Shown here piece after piece: positions 1 to 11,952 of a DNA stretch of 64,000 bases. The notes under the pieces were generated by a model that saw nothing but the letters and a program-made list of their open reading frames with translations, was not told the origin of the DNA and did not search any database. A program made the translations under genes and the position numbers. The stretch spans positions 1,302,001 through 1,366,000 of the forward strand of contig OZ251241.1 of assembly GCA_965240325.2 (NCBI GenBank), given 5' to 3'. This DNA comes from Rebecca billardiae RCC1528. Taxonomy: Eukaryota; Protista; Haptophyta. Positions within the stretch are counted from its first letter, which is position 1. Each line of letters begins with the position of its first letter.

Positions 1-1598
1 GCACGTCCACGCGCACCACCTTGACGACCTCGGGCAGGACTGCGTTGGCCAGCAGGATGTAGAACGCCTGGGAGATGGCGCCGCCGTCCTCGTGCCACTC
101 GCGGAGGCCGCCGGTGATCGCGCCGACGATGAGCACGAGGAGCGACTGGTTGATGATGTACGCCCACGTCAGCTTGAAGTACACCGACTCCTCGTACTGC
201 CGCCCGGCACGGCGGCGCGCGTGGCGGCGGCGGCGGCGGCGGCGGCGCGCGGGCGGGCGGGCGCGGCGCGGCTCAGTCTGGCGAGTGCGCCGCGCGCTCG
301 CCGGCCGATGGGGCGGCGGTGCGGTGCCGCGGCGGCGCGGCGCGGGCGGCGCGGCGACTCACCTCCGTCCGCGTGTCGCGCCGCTCGATGTCCGTCAGCC
401 GGATCACCGCGTACTTGAGCACCGCGTTCACGGCCGTCACGGCGCCCGCGGCCGCGGCCGAGACGGCGCGCGCCGTGTTGAGTCGCTCGTCGCCCTCGAA
501 CCGAGTGACCTGCTGGTCCTTGATGAGGTTGAAGCCGATGAGCGCGCCCGCCGAGGCGGCGATCAGCGCGAGGGAGAACACGGTCGTCCGCACCGAGAGC
601 TTGCGCACCTGCTCCGGCCCCACCTCCAGGTTCTCCCAGTACACGTCGGACGGCTCGGGCGCGGGGCCGACCTTGAGACGATACCGGTCGAGGTAGCGCG
701 GCCGGCTGCGCGTGACGCCGCAGCCCTCGAAGAGCTCCTCGTACCACTCGAGCGAGTGCGCGCGGAGGCAGGCGCGCCGCCCCGCCTCGGTCTCGAAGAT
801 CAGGAACGCCGCGCCCGTCGGGTGCAGCGCCTCCGACTGCACGCGCCGCATCTCCGCCTCGTACCGAACCATCTCCGCCTCGAGCTCGGCCGCCTTGCGC
901 TCCTCCGCCGCGCGCGCCTCGGTCGAGCGCGCGGAGTACGCGCCGTTGGCGGCGGCGGCGCTCGCGGCGGTGCGCGCGCGCGCGAGCGCGTCGTTCCGCC
1001 GCAGGTCGAGCGCCTTCCACTTGCGCTCGAGCCGGACGAAGTCGCCGCACGCGTAGCCGACGCTCACCATGTGCACCTTGCCAAACTGCTCAAAGAAGCC
1101 GACCAGGTCGGCCTCGGACGAGGCGTGCTCGGGGAGGTCGCGCACCTCGACGGCGTAGTCGCCGGCGGTGATGTACCGCCGGTCCACCTCCTTCGCGACG
1201 GTGCGCTGCAGGTAGCGGATGTGGTACATGAACAGGATGATGATCAGCGTGATCAGGAACCACGGCACGACCTGCGTCCACATGCGCGGGCACTGGCGCG
1301 CGCCGCCGCACAGGTTGGTGCGCCAGCCGATCGTCGTGGCGAGGATGAGGCTGTCGCTCTCCTCCTTCGGCGTGCGCATGTTCTGCGCGAGCGCCGGGAT
1401 CGCGATCAGGAAGAGCAGCGTGAAGACGCCGATCGAGAGCCGGATCGTGCGGAAGAAGAGCTCGACGCCGACGCCGCCGCGGCCAAGCTGCTTGAGCGGG
1501 CCGTGCAGGGGCAGCGGCTGGCCCGCCTCGTCCTTGAACCCCTCCTTCTCCTTCGCGCGCTGCCGCGCGGCCGCCAGGCTCGGACGCTCGGTGCTCAT
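1..1598 (-). CDS. OSCA/TMEM63(CSC1)-TMC-like multi-pass membrane channel, 3' part outside the window
   Basis: ATG at 1598. Motifs ITAGDYAVEVRDLP, an RRM-like FFEQFGKVHMVSV segment, PTGAAFLIFET and APEPSDVYWENL, plus hydrophobic helices. A GT-AG intron (~362-198) leads into YEESVYFKLTWAYIINQSLLVLIV, which runs off the window. Confidence 0.75.
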
Positions 1599-2185
1599 CG
1601 CGCGCGCCCGCTTGGGGACCAACCACCACAGATGGGCGGCGCCGCGGCGGTTCAGCCTCTCCTTTGGTGTTTTTGTGCAGCTGCCGGCCTGCCTGCCGCC
1701 CCAGGCCGGGGCGGCGGCGGGCGGCTGCGCGGCGCTTGTGATTGCCGCGAATGTTCACTTTGCTTTACAGTAGCTAGTGAACCCGGGTACGATGCGAATG
1801 TACAAGTCCGACGTGGTGGCTGGGCGGTACAGGCGGCGCCGCTCGGGCTGACGCGGCGACGCCGGACGGGCCCCCGCCAGGCGTCGATGCGTCGACGCCT
1901 CGGCACGCATCGTGCCTGGTGGGGCCATCGCACCATGTGCCATGCAGCGTGCGCAGCGGTCTCCACCGCTGCAGACGCGGTATTCTCCGGGTAGCAGCCA
2001 CCGTCAACACGTCGGCTGCGGACGCCCCGAGGCGGTGCGGCGCTGTGCCAGAGGCCTCCGCGTGAATTGAGTCAAGGGAAGCGTGATTCAGGCTGACTGC
2101 GCGGCGCACGGGCTGCCGCCGAGCTGCGCGGTCCGAGGCACGAGGGACGGCGCAGCGAGGGGACAGGACGCGGGCCTGGAGAGCG

Positions 2186-2845
2186 TCAGCCCGTCTTCTT
2201 CACGCTTTCGTGCAACGCGTCGCGCAGCCTCTCGACCGTGCCCTCGCCGCCGCCGCGCAGCTCGGCCACGGGCTTTGCCCGGCCGCCCGTGAGAACGTGG
2301 AAGGTGGGCAGCACGAGCACGCCGCACGCCGATTGCAGGTCGGGGTGCGCGTCGACGTCGACGAGGGCGAAGAGGTGCTCTGCCTCGGCGGCGGCGAGCT
2401 CGGCCACCTGCGGCTTGATGCGCTGGCACGGGCCGCACCACGGCGCGGTGAAGTCGAGGACGAGCGCGCAGCCGCGCGCGGCCGACACCTGCTGTGCGGC
2501 CGCGAGCTCCTCGGGCGACGTGAGCTCGAGCAGCGCGCCCTTGCGCGCGTCAAGCGCGGCGGTCAATCTCGCGACGCACGCCTCGTCTGGTGCCGCGCTG
2601 TGCCCGTTGCCCCCCGCCGCGCCAGCGGAGCGCGCGAGCTTGCTCGGCGCCGCCGCCTTGCCGCTGCCGCGCAGCACGCTCAGCACGTTCTCGTCGAGCC
2701 ACGCGACGATCGGCTTCACCGCGGCGGTGATGCGTACGCGCACGGCCTCGGGGAGGGCCTCCCATAGCGGGCGCAGCGCCCAGAGCAGGATGGGCAGCAC
2801 CGCCGTCACGGGCACGCAGAAGGGGCCTATGCAGATGAGCGGCAT
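2186..2845 (-). CDS. Thioredoxin-domain protein with N-terminal hydrophobic anchor
   Basis: LVLDFTAPWCGPCQRIKP active site, FALVDVD and VLPTFHV. N-terminus MPLICIGPFCVPVTAVLPILLWAL. Confidence 0.9.
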   Translation of the reverse strand: MPLICIGPFCVPVTAVLPILLWALRPLWEALPEAVRVRITAAVKPIVAWLDENVLSVLRGSGKAAAPSKLARSAGAAGGNGHSAAPDEACVARLTAALDARKGALLELTSPEELAAAQQVSAARGCALVLDFTAPWCGPCQRIKPQVAELAAAEAEHLFALVDVDAHPDLQSACGVLVLPTFHVLTGGRAKPVAELRGGGEGTVERLRDALHESVKKTG

Positions 2846-2949
2846 CGCCAGCGCCTCAGTGCAGGCGCTTTGCTTGCTGAGATCCGCAGGCACCGCGACA
2901 CTGCCACTGGTACCGCCCTTGCTGCTGGCAAGGGTGGTCTTGCTGCGGT

Positions 2950-4079
2950 CAAGGGCGGTAAGGGCTGTCAACTCCCAGTGGCGCCGAGTGGCGGAGGTTG
3001 GTTGCCCCTCAACTCGTGCGGCCTCGCGGCGCAGCGGCTAAGTCTCCTGGGGCGCCGCCCAGGAGGGCGCGTGGGGTGCGCACGCCGCGTGCTCCTGCGG
3101 CCGCGGCAGCGGCCGCGGACACGGCGCGCGTGGTTGGTCGCATGCTAGACAGTATGTAGTACCCTCCCACGCCGCGCGCCGTGCTCGCCGGTGCCCTCGC
3201 CGTGCCTCAGGCCAGCCGCGCACGCGCGCCGCACCAATGGCCAGCCGTGGCCACGCGCCAGCCGCCGGCGCGCGCGCGGTGCGCGGTGCGGTCGGCGCGG
3301 GTCGGGCGCGCGCCCGGGGCGAGGCTTGTGTATGTTGGGCGCGCGTCATGCCGCCTCGCGCCGCCGCGCTGGAGCCCGCATGGGTCGGCGCGCACGCGTT
3401 CTCATGCTGTCGAGTGTGCATTGCCATGTTTGAAAATGCTCATGTTGAGACGATCATGGGAAGGCAGCGACGCGTGATAGACAAGCGCAGACCACTGATA
3501 TGAGCACGACTAGCATCATACTATGGCACGCGAGCCCCCAAGTGCTCGCGTTCCTCGCACTCAGTGCGCTCACAGCCGCTTGTCCAAGCTCATTTCTGAT
3601 GGCCGAGGAATGCTCGACGAGCACCCTTCAGCAGCCGCGTGGAACGTGATCAAGCTCGTGTGCGGCGGCGCGAGGCGGCATGACGCGCGCCCATCATACA
3701 CAAGCCTCGCCCCGGGCGCGCGCCCGACCCGCGCCGACCGCACCGCGCACCGCGCGCGCGCCGGCGGCTGGCGCGTGGCCACGGCTGGCCATTGGTGCGG
3801 CGCGCGTGCGCGGCTGGCCTGAGGCACGGCGAGGGCACCGGCGAGCACGGCGCGCGGCGTGGGAGGGTACTACATACTGTCTAGCATGCGACCAACCACG
3901 CGCGCCGTGTCCGCGGCCGCTGCCGCGGCCGCAGGAGCCCGCGGCGTGCGCACCCCACGCGCCCTCCTGGGCGGCGCCCCAGGAGACTTAGCCGCTGCGC
4001 CGCGAGGCCGCACGAGTTGAGGGGCACGGAACCTCCGCCACTCGGCGCCACTGGGAGTTGACAGCCCTTACCGCCCTTG
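2950..4079. mobile_element. Fold-back (long inverted repeat) non-autonomous DNA element, 418-bp arms, 294-bp spacer, 7-bp TSD CTGCGGT
   Basis: 2950-3367 is the reverse complement of 3662-4079, with about 5 mismatches and equal arm length. CTGCGGT lies at 2943-2949 and 4080-4086. Confidence 0.85.
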
Positions 4080-4274
4080 CTGCGGTGGTGCCTTTCGCCT
4101 CGCCCGCCGCCGGCCGGGAGTCCACGCCGGATTTTTGGGGGTCCGGCTCCGCAAAGAAGGTGCAGGACAACGGACTGACGGGTTGTCGCACGCGGGTTCC
4201 GGGCGCGAAAAAACAGCCGCTTCCAAAAAAGTCGTTTCAAGGCGCAGTCTCCGATACTTGTCTTGCCGCCGTCG

Positions 4275-7200
4275 ATGGCGTCGCAGGACGACGGCGCCGA
4301 GCCGCCCGTGGCGGCGGCGGCGCCCGCAGCCACGGAGTCGGCTGCTGGCACTGCCGAGGCGAGTGCAGCCGATGCACAGCCCCCGGACGCGACTGGCGGC
4401 ACCAAGCCCACGCGCACGAAAAGCACGCCCAAGAAGGCGGCCGCGGGCGCGGGCGCGCCGGCCGCCGAAGCGACCACCACCGTCCTGCTTACCAGCTCGA
4501 AGGCGAGCGAAGCGTCGCTCGCCGCCGTGCAGGCGTGCATCGACGAGGGCGAGCTCGATGCTCGCACCGCCGAGGTCGCCGCGCGCAACGGCATCATCCT
4601 CGAGCAGCTCCAGCCCAAGGAGCTCGACGACTTCCTCGCCGGCGGCTCGCGCTTCAAGGCGGGCGAGCTCGAGGCGCACGCCAAGCTGCGCTGGGAGGCG
4701 TACGAGGAGCGGCGCAGGGCGAAGGTGGAGCTGCTCGCGGCCGGTCTCGACGCGCTCCCCGCCGCCGCGCCTGCCGCCGAGGCCGACGCCGAGGCCGGCG
4801 GCGAGAAGGCCGAGGGCAGCACGGCCAAGCTGTCCACCATGATACTGATTGCTCAGGCGCGCGCCGCCAAGTCCGCGGCCGCGGCGGCGCGGTACAACGA
4901 GCAGGTGGAGCTGGCGCGGCTGAAGCAGGAGGCGGCGCGCGCCGCGATGCTCGCGCAGCAGGAGGAGGAGGCGCGGAGGCAGGTGTGTGCGCGCGCGCGT
5001 GCACGGGCCACGGGGCTGCGCTTGTCACCGCCGCGTGCGCGCCCGCTCGCCCGCCCGCCGACGCCGCCCGCCGCCCGACCCTCTCGCGCGCGCTGGCTGG
5101 TGGCGGTGCCCCCCTTGCCCTGCCCTGCCCCGCCCTACCGCCCTACCGCAGGAGGAGGCCAAGGCGGAGGCGGAGCGCGAGCGCACGAAGCGGCTGCAGA
5201 CACAGAAGGAGCGGGAGCAGCAGCGCGCGGCCGAGGCGGCCGCCAAGCTCGAGGCCGACCGCGCGGCGGCGAAGGCGCTCGCTGACCAGCTCGACCGCAC
5301 GCTGGAGGAGCGTGCTGCCGCGGTCGAGCGCGCGCGCGCGGAGGAGCAGGCGGAGCGCCGGCGGAAGGGGCAGGAGGTCGAGGCGAAGATCGAGGCGGCG
5401 AAGCGTCTCAAGGCGCAGAAGCTCGCCGAGACGTGGGCGCGCGGCGACCAGTCCAAGCGAACCTTCGACGAGAAGATCGCAGCGCAGCAGAAGGCCGTGC
5501 AGCGCTTTGTGCAGGTGCGTGTGTGTGGGTGCGTGTGTGTGGGTGGGTGCGTGTGTGTGTGTGGGTGCGTGTGTGTGGGTGGGTGCGTGTGTGCGTGGGT
5601 GCGTGTGTGCGTGTGCGCGCGCGTGTGTGCGTGTGCGCGCGCGCGTGTGTGTGCGCGCGCCCGCCCCTGCTGCCGCGCACCCACCTGCTGTGTGCGCCTG
5701 TGGTGGAGGCAGCAGCAGCTGCTGCGCTGTGCACCGCCCTGCTCGTTGGCGCGTGTCACGCGCGCGCGGGCGCTCTGAACGCAGCTGTGTGTGTGCGCGC
5801 GCCGTGTGTGCGCCGTGCCGATGGGTGGCGGGTGCGCGGTGGGTGGGGGCAAAGGGGCGGCGGGGTGCCGGGCCCGCGCCCGCGCCATGCGGGCCGCGCC
5901 GCCATCGGCCACCACGGGCGCGCGGCGCGGAGGCCGCGCGCTCACGCCCGCCGCTGTGCCGCGCGCCCGCGCTGCCCCCGCGCCCCGCTCCCCGCTCGAC
6001 GCCCGCGGCGCGGCGGCGCGCGCAGGAGCACCAGGCGCGCAGGCTGGAGCGAGACGACAAACAGAAGGCGCACAACGCGGACAACACGGCGGACAAGGAC
6101 CAGCGCCTCGCCGAGGTGGTCGCGCGGCTGCAGGCGGCGGAGCAGCGCACCCGGCGCGCGGAGCTCGAGCGGCAGCAGCGCTCGGAGGCCGCCGCCGCGG
6201 GCAAGTCCGAGTCGGAGGCCGCGCGCAGGCACAAGCTGGACGAGGCAGAGAAGGCGTTTAGCGAGCAGATGCGGCGGAGGGTCGACGCGCAGCGCGCGGC
6301 CGAGGAGCGCAAGGCGGCGCACGACGCCGCCACCGAGGCCGAGCGCGCGGAGAAGGCCGTGCGCAAGGAGGTGCGCCTCGCCGCCACCGAGGACCGGCAG
6401 CAGACGGCCGCGCGCCGCCGCGAGTTCGAGAAGGGCCGCGTGAAGGAGCGCATCCGCGCGGAGGAGGCGCGGCTCGACGAGCAGAGGCGCGTGCAGGCGC
6501 AGATGGCGGAGCAGCGGAGGCGGCAGCGCTCGGAGGAGCTGCGCCACGCCGAGCGGCGCAAGCAGCCGCCGCCCGGCCCGGGCCCGGCCGACGTGGACAA
6601 CCGCTTCTTCTCCCTCGGCGCCTCCACCTACTCCACCACCGGGCTGCGGCCCAAGGCGAACGGGCCGGCGTACTCGATCGGCATCCGCAAGGAGGCGCTC
6701 AGCGCCACGCCCTCGATCGCGCCGGGGCCGCAGCGGTACAGCCCGCAGTACGAGCTGCTGGAGAAGAAGCCGCAGGTCAGCTTCGGCCGCAAGTTCACCA
6801 CGCCCTCCTCGCAGAACCCCGCCGAGACGCCCGGGCCCGCGGATGTGCGCGCGCCGCGCACGCGCTCGATGCGTGCGCGATGCGTGCGCGATGCGTGCGC
6901 GCGCGCGCGCGCGATGGCGCGCGGATGTGCGCCCGCACGCGGATATGCGCCGCGCGGCCGCTCACCTGCCCTCGCCGCCCCGACGCCACTCGCCACCGCC
7001 CGCCGCGCAGTACGCGCCGAGCACGTGGTCGCTCGAGCACACGAAGATGCGCCGCTCGCCCGTCGCCGTGTTTGACGACGCGCTCGAGGCGCAGCGCCGG
7101 TCCGCGCCCGTGCTCGGCTCCAAGCTGGGCACGCGCTGGAAGGACCCGCTGCACCACAAGCACGAGTTCACAGGGCCGCAGGTGCCGGGGCCGGGGAGCT

Positions 7201-7361
7201 ACGACGTCACGCGCTGGCGCACCGACCACACGCCCGCCTACTCCTTCGGCGGCAAGGGCGTGCGCACCAAGGCGGACGTGGCGAAGCGCGCCGAGCGCGC
7301 GCCCGGCCCCGCCGACTACAACCCGTCGCTCAAGTTTGTCTCGACCGGGCTGTCCTTTTGA
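4275..7361 (+). CDS. Coiled-coil protein with C-terminal PGP (SHIPPO/ODF3-like) repeats, probably axonemal; 4 exons
   Basis: Exons ~4275-4982, 5152-5514, 6026-6844 and 7011-7361 with GT-AG introns. E/R/K/A-rich coiled coil followed by PGPADV, APGPQRY, TPGPADY, VPGPGSY and APGPADY repeats. Confidence 0.75.
5515..5660. repeat. Intronic (GT)/(GTGC)/(GGGT) compound microsatellite
   Basis: Directly visible gtgtgtgggtgcgtgtgt runs starting at the intron donor. Confidence 0.9.
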
Positions 7362-7603
7362 TATGCTGACGAGCAATAGTTCTGCGCTGCCGCCAGTGAC
7401 GATGATATATGATATGACGACGCGAGTGCGCACGCGCGCTGTCTGAGACTGCGCTGCTGCTGATGCCCAATGATGCAGCAGCATCGTCGTCAATGTCATA
7501 TCGTCAGCATCTTAGTTAGGAGCTTATTGGCAGCAGTAGCCGTCGCGCCGGCAAAGTAGTAGTCCCGGGGCTCGGCCGGCGACTCTATATGCTGATGAAG
7601 ATG

Positions 7604-7604
<1 letters not shown>

Positions 7605-7639
<35 letters not shown>

Positions 7640-7673
7640 CACATATATATATCGCATATATATATATATATAT
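7605..7673. repeat. (TA)n microsatellite interrupted by TCGC
   Basis: Directly visible. Confidence 0.95.
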
Positions 7674-9413
7674 CGCTAGTAGAGATAATGTCAGCTGTAT
7701 TGCCGTTTTGGAAAGTGTGGTCAGGTGTATTGCCAAACGCACGTTTTGACTACCGTGGTCAGTTGTATTGCCGTTTTCTATGTTTGGGAATCACGTGACC
7801 GTGTCAATCTTGTTGCCAACGTCGAACACTTGTGTCAGGTGTATTGCCGTGGATGATGGCCCAATACTTTGTCCAGCTGATTGCCGTCGCGTAGTGTTGT
7901 GGGTCAGTTGTGTTGCCGTTTGCGCATCTTTGATTCAGGTTTGTTGCCGCGAAGCCCGCGATCGCCCACGCGCTGATGATGGCGCTGGCGCCCATGCGCC
8001 GCCAGCGTGCGCGGCGTGCCCTTGAGCAGGCCTAGCTGATCCCAGGCCAGAAGAGTGACGTTCAACGACGACGATCTCTGCCGGGGTAGCGCCGTGTTCC
8101 TCGACATCATCAAGCCGAACGACGAGCTGAACCGTGGACCGGAATCTGCACAAACGCTGCCGCATGCGCGCGCAGTGCAACACGCGCGTGCACCTCGGGC
8201 TACTCGCCGTCTACGCGGAGACGGGCGAGAATCCGTCGCGACTTCTATCGAATCGGCGTTGCTCCGTGCTCACTTCGACTCCGGGACCGTCAAGCGCGCA
8301 GTCGATGACATTGCGACGGCAGCGCATGCAGGTGCATGCGTGAAGCAGGGTGAGCGTGTGTTGCTGCGCCCCGATTCGCGGGAGTCGAACGTGCACGACG
8401 GGCGTGTGCTCTTCAACGGCCTCAAGGAGCTTGACCAACGCGACGCGCGTCCCCCTCACTGCCTGCCATCGACTGTCATTCACACCGTGGCGATCAACCA
8501 ACGCGCGTCGCTCTCGCTCGTGCAACACTGCTGGCGCGTGCCTTTTTGCGATTGTCATCACTCCAACAGCAGACTGCCCTGTGGCCAACCGTGTGCAGGT
8601 GGCTGACCGTGCGCCAGTCGCACTCGTCAACGCAGGCTGATTGGCCCGTGGAGGAGGAAGTCCAAGGCGTACTGCCAGCTGGGACACAACGCACCGACCG
8701 GCGGGCGGTGCGCCGCGCGTGCCTCGACGAGCCAACAAGCAGGAGGGGCAGGCGACGCTTCCTGCTGCTGCTGGAACCCGAGTGGCAGGCTTGGCGAGCG
8801 CGGTCGCAGCTTGAGGCGGCGCGTGCAGCGGCATGGGACGCGATGCGGCTCACGTGGCCGCTGAAGTAGCAGCAGTCCCGATGGCGCTGGCGGCCGGCCG
8901 CCGGCGGGCGGCAAGCGCGACGGCGACGGGAAGCGCCGACTGCTACTGGAAGTCAAGATGAGCTACGCAGGCCGCATGATGATGGCATGTCGGTTGGTTG
9001 CAGGCGCGTATCCTGCATGCCGCGCGCAGGCAGTCGCAGCTCTGCACGCACGCGCACACGGGCTGCGCGAGTCTCTTGTCTGAGTGCGAGTCGTGCCCCA
9101 GCCACCAGCTGCTGGCGGCAATACAACTGACACATAGTTATGGAAAGGGCAATATTTCTGAGCAGACTATGTTCAAGCTCGAAAACGGCAATATATTCGT
9201 GAACCAAGTAGTGTGAAAGGGTATCATTGGTTTGAAACCAGTATTTGAGGGGCAATATTGTTGACACACTATCCAAAAGCGGCAATATTATTCTTGACCC
9301 ATACTACTGAAAACGGCAATACAACTGACCACGGTAGTCATAAAGTGCTTTTGGCAATACACCTGACCACACTATCCAACGCGGCAATACAACTGACGTC
9401 GGCTCATGTAGCG
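7674..9413. mobile_element. Non-autonomous CACTA/EnSpm-like element (CGCTA...TAGCG termini, ~105-bp imperfect TIRs, subterminal repeats)
   Basis: 7690-7778 pairs with 9309-9397, and CGCTA (7674) pairs colinearly with TAGCG (9413). Many GTCAGNTGTATTGCCG-like motifs lie on the left and inverted CGGCAATA copies on the right. Flanks TAT/TAC. No recognisable transposase. Confidence 0.7.
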
Positions 9414-9509
9414 TACTATAGAGAGAGAGAGAGAGAGATCATCACGCGCCATCATCAGCAGCAGCAGTACAGGCAATCGCGGGCAATAAGAAGTCAGAGA
9501 TCTCACGGC

Positions 9510-9945
9510 TAGCCTCAGTTTCTTAGCCGTTCGGTAGCCCGAGCGCCTACGGAGTCTCAGTTTCTTAGCTAGGTCCGCCCGCCGCGCAGGCGCGGGGGGC
9601 GCAGGAGGGGGGCAGAGCCCCCCGCTGAGTCTTTAGGCCCGGCCGGCGAGGCCGACGAAAATTTTGGGCCTTTTTGGAGCAAATCTGGCATGATGTTGCA
9701 TGGATGCTGCGGTGCACTGGCCAGGAGTCAGTCATCAGGAGAAGTCGGGACTTGGCCTGTACTCGTAGTCGGGCCGCGCGCCGCGTCCCCGACGGGCCGA
9801 CTGCGCCTCGCCCCTCGGCGGACCACTCGTCAGCCGGGACGACGTAGTCCCGGTTTCTTAGTGTGACTATGCGTATAGCGAACCAGCCAATCGCTAGCCT
9901 CAGTTTCTAGGCCAGATCCGCAGATAGCAAGCCCCAGTTTCTTAA
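9510..9945 (+). repeat. Cluster of five (CT)CAGTTTCTTA-like direct motifs, probable remnant of a transposon end
   Basis: Copies near 9514, 9556, 9851, 9899 and 9934, around a GGGGGCAGAGCCCCCC hairpin and a CGAAAATTTTGG segment. Confidence 0.45.
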
Positions 9946-10916
9946 CGTGACAGCTCCTTATTGCCCGCGATGGCCTGTATATCGTCCGACGACGGCCTGA
10001 TAGTACAGTCCCCTCAACAATTGGTTATTATTACCCTATACTTGTGTAATAATGTGTTTGGCTGTCTATACCAGCTCAGTCACTGTTTGAGGCCCACAGC
10101 AGTGCTGCATGCTATCTGTTACTGCGCACCTATAGCCCTCACAGACAAGGTGGGTATGAGCTGGGCGGGTGTGTGGGCTGAGTCAGTCAGAGAAATTGAG
10201 TGCAGGTGCACAACCGGCTGACAGGTGCTGCGCGGGGGTGCTGGACCACCACGAGGTCGAGGGCAGGCAGGGATGGAAATTCAGCCCCTGCCGCCTGCGA
10301 GCAGGCTGTGGGCTGGCTGGCTGGGAGTGTAGCAGCTGTATAGTGGGCCCTGGCGCTGCAGCTGGATGGCCTTTGATACTGCCTAGCAGCCAGCCTAGCA
10401 GCACAGCCTGGCGTGAGCAGTGCCGGTTTCAGTGCGCAGGGCCACGTCTCTGCGGGTCGTGGTCGGGGAATGGCCACCACGGTGCACCAGATGCACCTAT
10501 AGCCTGCCAGCAGCCCACCTGCTGATTGGGTATGCCCTGTAGCACAGCACACGAGGCTGAAAATCAGCGGCGCGCTGTGCTACAAGCTGGGCTGAAAGGG
10601 GTGTGGGACACCGGGAGCCAGTCGAGAGCCTGTCGGCCACGGTCACGTCCGAGCTGGCCGGCTTCACGTGCTGCCCAGAGGAGTCCTCCAATTGTCACCC
10701 ACCCGGCTGAAGTCATGATGGGTGGGTGCAGCTCGACCGAATGGAGAGTGCTGGGGCCGCCGCAGGTGCCCGTCATGCAAGCCTAGGCGGCCAGGAGAAG
10801 GTGTGATGTGCAGGTGTGCTCTCCATACGGTCGTACGTACTCCGAATTGTTGTGAGAGGACTGTACGACGTATAGTAGTATACTGAATGCGCTACTACTT
10901 ACTACGCTGCTTATTT

Positions 10917-11130
10917 ATGGCCCGCGGTGCAGGGCGGAGCGCGCAGCGTGGAGCCCGCACCAGCGGGCCCGAACCACGTTTCAAAAAGATCTTTGATCAG
11001 CAAGAAAAAAGGGACGGGGGGCGGCGGAAAAAAAGGGACGGGGGGCGATTTTTAGGGCTGGCGGAGACCGAGTTTCGAGTTTTTGAGATCGCATTGAGAG
11101 GTCTATCAGGCCAAAAAAAACCGCGCCCAG
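10917..11130 (+). repeat. Dispersed ~200-bp repeat, inverted partner at 36968-37156
   Basis: ATGGCCCGCGGTGCAGGGCGGAGCGCGCAGCGTGGAGCCCGC...AACCACGTTTCAAAAAGATCTTTGATCA...GGAGACCGAGTTTCGA is shared in opposite orientation. Confidence 0.85.
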
Positions 11131-11803
11131 CTGATTCCCTTAAGTAAAGTGCGATCTGGACGTCAGCTGGACGTGACATTAGTGTAACGGTTCGTTACGA
11201 GCGAATCGTACTCGTCTTCCCGGATCGCGTGACGTCCGGACTGGGCCACATCCGGATCGTCGGAGGTGACGTGCCCCGGCACGATGGGCGATGGCGGATA
11301 TGCGGGACGGCGCCTGCACGTGCCTCCGGACCCGCCTCCCGCTTGCTGCTCACGCAGTCAGCTGCGACCGTGGCGCATGATCGCAGAAGCAGTGCCGGCA
11401 GTACGGCCTGCATCAGCTAGTGCCGCGCCGTCGTGGCGCGCGCGGTACGGTTGCGCGTTTGCAGCGCTCGCCGGTCGGCGACGGCACGCGCGTGCGGCTC
11501 AGGTGTGTCAAATGCGGTCTCGTCGGCGCGCTTTCGCCTGCCACCTCGTGCACCCGTGCCGCCAGTTTCATCGTCTTCATGAGGACTGCTGCTGCTGTCG
11601 CCATCCGCTCTCCATCACCCCGAGTCGCCGGTCGCGCGGCGCGCGCGGTAGGCACTAGGCAGGGCGTACGGTCACTCACCCGTGCAACGGGTCAAGTGGC
11701 CAGAGTACGTCTGGTCGTTGGCTGGCACGGGCCGCAGCGCTAAAGCACCCTGCTGTCACACCCGACTCCTTCAGTACTCCGAGCTCCGCGGCACGACTCA
11801 CTC

Positions 11804-11952
11804 GGCACGATCGCGGACGGGTCGGATCCGAGCTGATCAGCCAGAGTTGGACACGACAGTTTGGCAGCTACTAGTAGTAATTCCGATGCCAATGGCACGA
11901 TCGCGGACGGGTCGGATCCGAGCTGATCAGCCAGTTGGACATTTGGCAGCTA
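11804..11952 (+). repeat. Direct duplication of ~45-60 bp at 90-bp spacing
   Basis: GGCACGATCGCGGACGGGTCGGATCCGAGCTGATCAGCCAG at 11804 and 11894. Confidence 0.85.
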
